Part shown: positions 58,665 through 64,000 of the stretch, one piece after another
Layout of the letters: each line of letters starts with the position of its first letter
How positions within the stretch are numbered: position 1 is the stretch's first letter
Assembly: GCA_052168235.1 (NCBI GenBank)
Contig: JBQLZK010000001.1
Span: forward strand, 224,001 to 288,000
From: Thainema sp.
GTDB taxonomy: Bacteria; Cyanobacteriota; Cyanobacteriia; Phormidesmidales; Phormidesmidaceae
Direction: 5' to 3'
DNA length: 64,000 nt
Translations under genes and position numbers: made by a program
Notes under the pieces: model-generated
Told to the model about the DNA's origin: nothing
The model's input: the letters and a program-made list of their open reading frames with translations, nothing else
The model's database searches: none

Positions 58665-60290
58665 GTGACTCTTCAAGATGTGGCTCTCCAAGCTGAACAA
58701 CCTATTTCCGATGCTACGGTATCCCAGTCTCTCGATCGCCAAATGATAGTCATCTTAGATTTTGGGTCTCAATACTCAGAGCTAATCGCGCGCCGGATTC
58801 GAGAAACCCAAGTATATTCAGAAGTTTTGTCGTACCGGACGACGGCAGAACAAATTCGCCAGCTCAACCCAGCAGGCATCATTCTGTCGGGCGGCCCAAG
58901 CTCGGTGTATGACAACAATGCACCACTGTCTGATCCAGAAATTTGGGATTTGGGTATTCCGGTTCTGGGCGTTTGCTATGGCATGCAGCTCATGTGTAAA
59001 CAGCTCGGCGGCGTTGTTGAACGGGCGGAGCGGGGCGAATATGGTAAAGCGCTGCTCTACATTGACGATCCAACCGATTTGCTGACCAATGTAGAAAACG
59101 AAACCACCATGTGGATGAGTCACGGTGACTCGGTGGTGGAATTGCCCGCTGGCTTTGAGCTATTGGCGCATACAGACAATACGCCCTGTGCTGCGATCGC
59201 AGATCATGAGCGCAAACTCTACGGCGTGCAGTTCCACCCAGAAGTGGTTCATTCCATTGGCGGCATTGCGTTGATTCGCAATTTTGTCTATCACATCTGC
59301 GACTGCGAACCCACCTGGACAACGGAAGCCTTTGTTGAGCAGGTCATTCGTGAAATTCGGGCCAAAGTAGGCGATAAGCGGGTGCTGTTGGCTCTATCCG
59401 GCGGCGTTGACTCCTCCACGCTGGCCTTTTTGCTCCATAAGGCAATTGGCGATCAGCTCACCTGCATGTTTATCGACCAGGGCTTCATGCGGAAGTACGA
59501 GCCGGAGCGTCTGGTCAAACTCTTCCAGGAGCAGTTTCATATTCCAGTGGAATACGTCAATGCCCGCGAACGCTTTTTGAAGCAGCTGGAAGGCGTTACC
59601 GATCCTGAAGAAAAGCGGAAGCGAATCGGCCACGAATTCATCCAGGTTTTTGAAGAGGAGTCGAAGCGGCTTGGCCCCTTTGACTATTTGGCTCAGGGCA
59701 CGCTGTATCCTGACGTAATCGAATCCGCCGACACTAACGTTGACCCACAAACGGGTGAGCGCGTCGCCGTCAAAATTAAGAGCCATCACAACGTCGGTGG
59801 CTTGCCCAAAGATCTGCGGTTCAAGCTGGTGGAGCCGCTGCGCAAGCTGTTTAAGGACGAAGTTCGCAAAGTAGGCCGCTCCATTGGCCTGCCAGAGGAA
59901 ATTGTCCAGCGTCACCCCTTCCCTGGCCCTGGCTTGGCGATTCGGATCATCGGTGAAATCACGCCGGAACGACTCGATATTTTGCGCGATGCAGACTACA
60001 TTGTGCGCCAAGAAACCAATCGTCATGGCCTCTACCACGATTTCTGGCAAGCCTTTGCAGTGCTGCTGCCGATTCGTAGCGTCGGCGTCATGGGTGATCA
60101 GCGTACCTACGCTTATCCGATTGTGCTGCGGATTGTCACCAGCGAAGACGGCATGACCGCAGACTGGGCACGAGCCGATTATGACTTTTTGGAAATCGTG
60201 TCAAATCGCATTGTGAACGAGGTAGCAGGCGTCAACCGCGTCGTATACGACATCACGTCCAAGCCGCCTGGAACCATCGAGTGGGAATAG
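58665..60290 (+). CDS. guaA: GMP synthase (glutamine-hydrolysing)
   Basis: [49 protein letters not shown] start assumed. Confidence 0.97.
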   Translation: MTLQDVALQAEQPISDATVSQSLDRQMIVILDFGSQYSELIARRIRETQVYSEVLSYRTTAEQIRQLNPAGIILSGGPSSVYDNNAPLSDPEIWDLGIPVLGVCYGMQLMCKQLGGVVERAERGEYGKALLYIDDPTDLLTNVENETTMWMSHGDSVVELPAGFELLAHTDNTPCAAIADHERKLYGVQFHPEVVHSIGGIALIRNFVYHICDCEPTWTTEAFVEQVIREIRAKVGDKRVLLALSGGVDSSTLAFLLHKAIGDQLTCMFIDQGFMRKYEPERLVKLFQEQFHIPVEYVNARERFLKQLEGVTDPEEKRKRIGHEFIQVFEEESKRLGPFDYLAQGTLYPDVIESADTNVDPQTGERVAVKIKSHHNVGGLPKDLRFKLVEPLRKLFKDEVRKVGRSIGLPEEIVQRHPFPGPGLAIRIIGEITPERLDILRDADYIVRQETNRHGLYHDFWQAFAVLLPIRSVGVMGDQRTYAYPIVLRIVTSEDGMTADWARADYDFLEIVSNRIVNEVAGVNRVVYDITSKPPGTIEWE

Positions 60291-60292
60291 GC

Positions 60293-61372
60293 ATGAAGCG
60301 CCGTCATTTTTTGGCAGCGGCGTTGGCCACTGGGCTAGTGACGCTCCTTCGGGATGCTACGCGCCCAGTGGCGGGCCAAGCTGTGAGTCAATCGGCTGGC
60401 TCGTCTGCGAGTCCGACCATTCTGAAACCACCGCCGCTCCAGCCTGGGGATCAAGTTGGCATCCTCAGTCCCGCTGGGGCTGTTTTTTTACAAAATGAGT
60501 TGGATCTCGTAGTAGATGCGGTACGCGGCTTGGGGCTAGTGCCTATGCTTGCGCCCCATGTGCTGGATCGCTACGGCTATTTGGCCGGAACCGATCGCGA
60601 TCGCGCTAGCGACATGAATCAGTTTTTCGCTGATCCAAACATCAAAGCACTCCTGCCTGTGACTGGCGGTTGGGGCAGCAGTCGCACGCTGCCTTATCTG
60701 GACTATGAGGTAATTCGCCAAAATCCTAAAATCATCGTCGGGTTTAGCGACTTAACGGCGTTGCTGCTGGGTATCCACGCGCAAACGGGCTTAGTCACGT
60801 TTCATGGCCCCAATGGTTTAACGTCTTGGCGGCCTGATCAGACGGCTTCGTTTCGTCAAGTCCTATTTGAAGGGGGGATGACCTCGTTGACCAGTGCGCG
60901 AACACCCGACGATAGCGATCGCTTAATGCAGGTGCAACATCGAATTCAGGTGATTACCCCTGGTCGAGCGCAGGGTCGCCTGATTGGGGGTAATCTATCG
61001 GTTCTATCCGGCATTGTCGGTTCGCCCTATGTGCCTAACTTAGACGGAGCCATTTTGTTTCTAGAAGATGTCGGTGAAGATATCTACCGGATAGACCGGA
61101 TGATTACGCAGCTCAAGCTCGCGGGCGTTTTTGATAACCTAGCTGGCTTCATTTTCGGCCAATGCACCAACTGCGGCCCTGATGCAGACTACGGCTCATT
61201 AACTCTAGAGCAAGTCCTGCGCGATCACCTTCAACCCTTGGGTATTCCTGCTTGGCAGGGTGCGGCTATTGGCCACGTTGAGCCTGTCTTAACGCTACCC
61301 ATTGGCACCCAAGTTGAAATTGATACCAGCAATGGTTCACTGCGTATGCTCGAACCCGCCGTCCAACTTTAA
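60293..61372 (+). CDS. LD-carboxypeptidase (S66) with Tat-like signal
   Basis: MKRRHFL; GG.G, GFSD.T, GGNLS, LFLED..E, GH. Confidence 0.9.
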   Translation: MKRRHFLAAALATGLVTLLRDATRPVAGQAVSQSAGSSASPTILKPPPLQPGDQVGILSPAGAVFLQNELDLVVDAVRGLGLVPMLAPHVLDRYGYLAGTDRDRASDMNQFFADPNIKALLPVTGGWGSSRTLPYLDYEVIRQNPKIIVGFSDLTALLLGIHAQTGLVTFHGPNGLTSWRPDQTASFRQVLFEGGMTSLTSARTPDDSDRLMQVQHRIQVITPGRAQGRLIGGNLSVLSGIVGSPYVPNLDGAILFLEDVGEDIYRIDRMITQLKLAGVFDNLAGFIFGQCTNCGPDADYGSLTLEQVLRDHLQPLGIPAWQGAAIGHVEPVLTLPIGTQVEIDTSNGSLRMLEPAVQL

Positions 61373-61478
61373 CAAAACGCCCTCGCTCCTCACGCTTTCA
61401 CTCCTCACTTCTTCCAAGCTGCCTGACAATTTGCTTAAAATCGCGTAAACTTTTGTTAATGATAGACGTGATTTTAAT

Positions 61479-61895
61479 ATGGCTAGTAATCTTGGATTTG
61501 GTCAACCCACGACTCCCAAACCGAACAAGACAAAGCGAACAGCCGAGCGCCAAAAAGCGGCCAGTCAGCTTGACAAGATGAGAGCCGATGGTACGCCAGA
61601 ATTTGAAGTTTACGCTCGCATTCAAGGCAAAAAGCAGTGGTATCCCATCGGCGTGGTTGCGGTTCAGCGCTCCAGCCAAATTAGCCGAGCTATCTACGAC
61701 AGCGAAGAGCAACTGATGCAGGGTGCGGTGCGTCTCTATCCGGTGCTGCGTAAATACCAGGGACAACTTGACTATGGCTATCGGCTGAAAGAGTTTAAGG
61801 ATGAACCAATTGAACTAGCTGAGCCGCCTCAATCAGTTGCAGGTGGTGTACAAAATGCGCTTGGCAAACTGACGTCGATGTTTAAGCGCGGCTAA
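61479..61895 (+). CDS. HHL1-like protein
   Basis: GFG start, PEFEVYAR, W.PIG...V.RSSQI..AI...E..L.QGA.RLYP.L, YGYRLKEFKDEPI. Confidence 0.8.
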   Translation: MASNLGFGQPTTPKPNKTKRTAERQKAASQLDKMRADGTPEFEVYARIQGKKQWYPIGVVAVQRSSQISRAIYDSEEQLMQGAVRLYPVLRKYQGQLDYGYRLKEFKDEPIELAEPPQSVAGGVQNALGKLTSMFKRG

Positions 61896-61995
61896 GCGCG
61901 ATCGCATTAAATTTTAATCGAAAGATGAAAAAACCGGATTTCTGCATCGCCGTTCAGTTGAACTGAATGATTGATGCTAGAAATCCGGTTTTACA

Positions 61996-62033
61996 TAACA
62001 AGAAGGAAGTGCGATCGCACTTCCTTCTTGTTA
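61996..62033. repeat. Perfect 38-bp palindrome centred on HIP1
   Basis: TAACAAGAAGGAAGT-GCGATCGC-ACTTCCTTCTTGTTA between convergent genes. Confidence 0.85.
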
Positions 62034-62062
62034 CTTATAGCTAACTACAAGTCATTAACCGT

Positions 62063-62326
62063 TTAAGCGGAAACGCTGGGATAAACGCTGATCTTCTTGC
62101 GGTCTTTGCCCTTGCGCTCAAAAGTGACCACGCCATCAACTAGAGCAAACAGCGTGTCATCGCTACCGCGACCCACATTTACGCCAGGGTGGAACTTAGT
62201 GCCACGCTGACGAATGAGAATATTACCAGCCAAGACGTTCTCGCCACCATAGCGCTTTACACCGAGTCGCTTAGAATTTGAGTCGCGACCGTTACGTGTA
62301 CTACCTGTACCCTTCTTATGAGCCAT
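62063..62326 (-). CDS. rpmA: 50S ribosomal protein L27
   Basis: [16 protein letters not shown]. Confidence 0.98.
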   Translation of the reverse strand: MAHKKGTGSTRNGRDSNSKRLGVKRYGGENVLAGNILIRQRGTKFHPGVNVGRGSDDTLFALVDGVVTFERKGKDRKKISVYPSVSA

Positions 62327-62381
62327 GCTGTTCTCCTACAATTCCTAAACTTGAAGACCTTGAAAGCTAGAAGCTACGTGT

Positions 62382-62789
62382 CTATTCTTCCGAATCGTCT
62401 GCTTTAGATGAAGCCTTCGCTTCGGTTTGCTTGGGGCTGCTCTTCTCAGAGGTTGAGCCAGCCAATGCAGAACCGTTGAGGCTAACCGAATCGATCATAA
62501 TCCGCGTTAGTTCCTGACGATGACCGCGCTTTTTGCGGGTCTTCTTCTTGGGCTGCATTTTATAGACAATAATTTTGCGGCCACGCAGATGCTGCATCAC
62601 GGTTGCTTCAACAGTTGCGCCCTTGACGTAGGGTTGTCCAACCGTAGCTTCTCCATCATTTTCAACGAACAGCACCTTGTCTAAGGTGAGCGTCTCATCT
62701 TCATCTAAAGCAAGTCGATTGATGTCGTAGAACCGACCCGGCTCAACTCGCAACTGGGTTCCACTTGCTTCAATAATCGCGTATGTCAT
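62382..62789 (-). CDS. rplU: 50S ribosomal protein L21
   Basis: [27 protein letters not shown]. Confidence 0.97.
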   Translation of the reverse strand: MTYAIIEASGTQLRVEPGRFYDINRLALDEDETLTLDKVLFVENDGEATVGQPYVKGATVEATVMQHLRGRKIIVYKMQPKKKTRKKRGHRQELTRIMIDSVSLNGSALAGSTSEKSSPKQTEAKASSKADDSEE

Positions 62790-62806
62790 GATCTATTACT
62801 CTTACC

Positions 62807-62909
62807 TTTTCGCCGTACAGGTCGCTCCCAGCAGTGAAAGCTGCGTGGGGAAAGCCGTTTAGCCATTTATGAGATCGAGAGAAGAGGCTCTAACCTGATC
62901 CGAGCAAAA
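62807..62909 (-). promoter_or_regulatory. Structured 5' leader of rplU-rpmA
   Basis: Minus strand TTTGCTCGGATCAGGT pairs with ACCTGTACGGCGAAA around internal hairpins. Confidence 0.45.
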
Positions 62910-63000
62910 TAAACAGCCAGTTAATAATGATGACTAACAATGTGCTGTATTGTCAACTGCAATTTTTAGCTAATTTAATTTTAGAGGCCAGCTGGATAAT

Positions 63001-63513
63001 TTAGCAGCCATTGCCGCTCTCTTGGGTTGTAGCTCCAAGGATGCTCTGGATGACTAGACAGCTTTTCGAACCCGTATCAGGAGTTTCTAACACGATCTTG
63101 TACCCACCATCTTCAACTAGGCTAGGGTCAGACAGGGAGCCGTTATATTCAAACGAGATCGTATCTTGATTATTACCACCAGCAGTCAGCTCAACCATGC
63201 CAGCTTTCAATTGACCGCTGCCCATGACTTGCCACGTCGTCCCTCCATCCAGAGAGTAACTGGGGACACCATTCTGATTGCCTAAGGTAACGCTTTGTAC
63301 CGAACGGGTCGTACGAGCACTGTTTTGAGCATTGCGAATAGTTTGTAGGACATCTTCGCGAACTGTGTTGACTCGTTGACGGTTCATGAGTGCCAGCCAA
63401 CCAGGAGCTGCGATCGCCATGAGGATGGCGATGATAAAGATGACAACCAGAATTTCAATCAGCGTAAAACCTGATTCTGATTCAAAATCTTTAATAGTGC
63501 GTTGTTTTAACAT
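63001..63513 (-). CDS. Type IV minor pilin/pseudopilin (FimT/GspH-like, HpsD-like position)
   Basis: Prepilin cleavage G|FTLIEILVV. Confidence 0.88.
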   Translation of the reverse strand: MLKQRTIKDFESESGFTLIEILVVIFIIAILMAIAAPGWLALMNRQRVNTVREDVLQTIRNAQNSARTTRSVQSVTLGNQNGVPSYSLDGGTTWQVMGSGQLKAGMVELTAGGNNQDTISFEYNGSLSDPSLVEDGGYKIVLETPDTGSKSCLVIQSILGATTQESGNGC

Positions 63514-63613
63514 TGCTAGCCAGTCTCCTCAGTCAACATCAGCTTGATTGTTTATGTAATTCTGATAGTCATTTAGCAGATAGACTTGTGTATTTGCAGA
63601 ATAAAATACTGCT

Positions 63614-64000
63614 CTATTCCGCAACATCCTTATCGATGACACCGCCGACCAGCACCTGAGACTGCAAGACTGGTAAACGAGAGCTAACATCAAAGCCCCT
63701 GGAATTGCCACCTCGCCGTCCTTGTACATCTCCCTGTAAGAAGACAAAGACATCCTGATTGGTATTTAAAACTTCATCCTCACCTGCGTCATCACCGGCA
63801 GAGGCACGAACACAGGCAAAAAAGCTATCGGATGTCGCTGGCGACTTGGTGTAACCAGCTTCGCAATCGCGGGCTGAACCATCTCCGGGCGCTGCAACAA
63901 AGTCAATTAAAACAGGCGGAGATCCAAGAGTCGGCTCGGTATCTTGTAAATCCTCTCCAGCCGAGTCCAGTGGCCAGCTTTGGAAGCTTACATCTCCAGT
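63614..64000 (-). CDS. 3' part of a pseudopilin-like protein (HpsC/PilW-like), partial
   Basis: Open frame from the window end: ...VLIDFV...SFFACVR...NQDVFVFLQG...LPVLQSQVLVGG..; TAG at 63614-63616; absent from the ORF track. Confidence 0.65.
   Translation of the reverse strand, partial: TGDVSFQSWPLDSAGEDLQDTEPTLGSPPVLIDFVAAPGDGSARDCEAGYTKSPATSDSFFACVRASAGDDAGEDEVLNTNQDVFVFLQGDVQGRRGGNSRGFDVSSRLPVLQSQVLVGGVIDKDVAE

Larger units (their letters stand above)
2616..63416. repeat. HIP1 octamer GCGATCGC, dispersed
   Basis: Dozens of occurrences, often as TGCGATCGCA; none seen between about 47370 and 51670. Confidence 0.95.

Noticed and set aside
59394..60050. Long antisense ORFs (e.g. 218 aa opposite guaA, 166 aa opposite phosphoketolase, 156 aa opposite lpxA)
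   Set aside because: Shadow frames of well-supported genes, explained by codon bias.
61381..61412. Yfr1 gene (ACTCCTCAC)
   Set aside because: The motif is incomplete, lacks flanking hairpins and sits in a degenerate pyrimidine-rich short repeat.
63529..63753. 74-aa minus-strand ORF from the track
   Set aside because: It is an alternative frame of the partial pseudopilin gene 63614-64000.

Overview
Chromosomal window from a cyanobacterium, probably a filamentous Leptolyngbya/Oculatella-like strain (inferred from dense HIP1 GCGATCGC, usually extended to TGCGATCGCA, and from nblS, ycf34, curT, HHL1-like and hps-type pseudopilin genes). Most of the window is core genes: nblS, a tRNA nucleotidyltransferase, phosphoketolase, tldD, dacB, ygfZ, gltS, purC-bamA-lpxC-fabZ-lpxA-lpxB, cbiD, guaA and rplU-rpmA. 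The most notable region is 47.76-50.96 kb, an integron-type gene-cassette array with no integrase in the window (CALIN-like). It has two 86-bp attC sites and a decayed third. The cassettes carry an HNH + double PD-(D/E)XK nuclease, a VapBC-type toxin-antitoxin pair and a MazEF/PemIK-type pair. The array is headed by three tandem 41-bp hairpin units, two with a GTTAGGC core and one with ATTAGGC. Intergenic DNA holds several families of ~93-105-bp TA-ended hairpin mini-elements with compensatory base changes, including one clear nested insertion. Also noted: a candidate structured ncRNA upstream of cbiD, a Yfr1-complementary site in the bamA leader, a shared response-regulator box, and an unannotated 58-aa membrane protein gene. 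No tRNA, rRNA, CRISPR array, transposase or integrase was recognised. All calls are by eye, without database searches.
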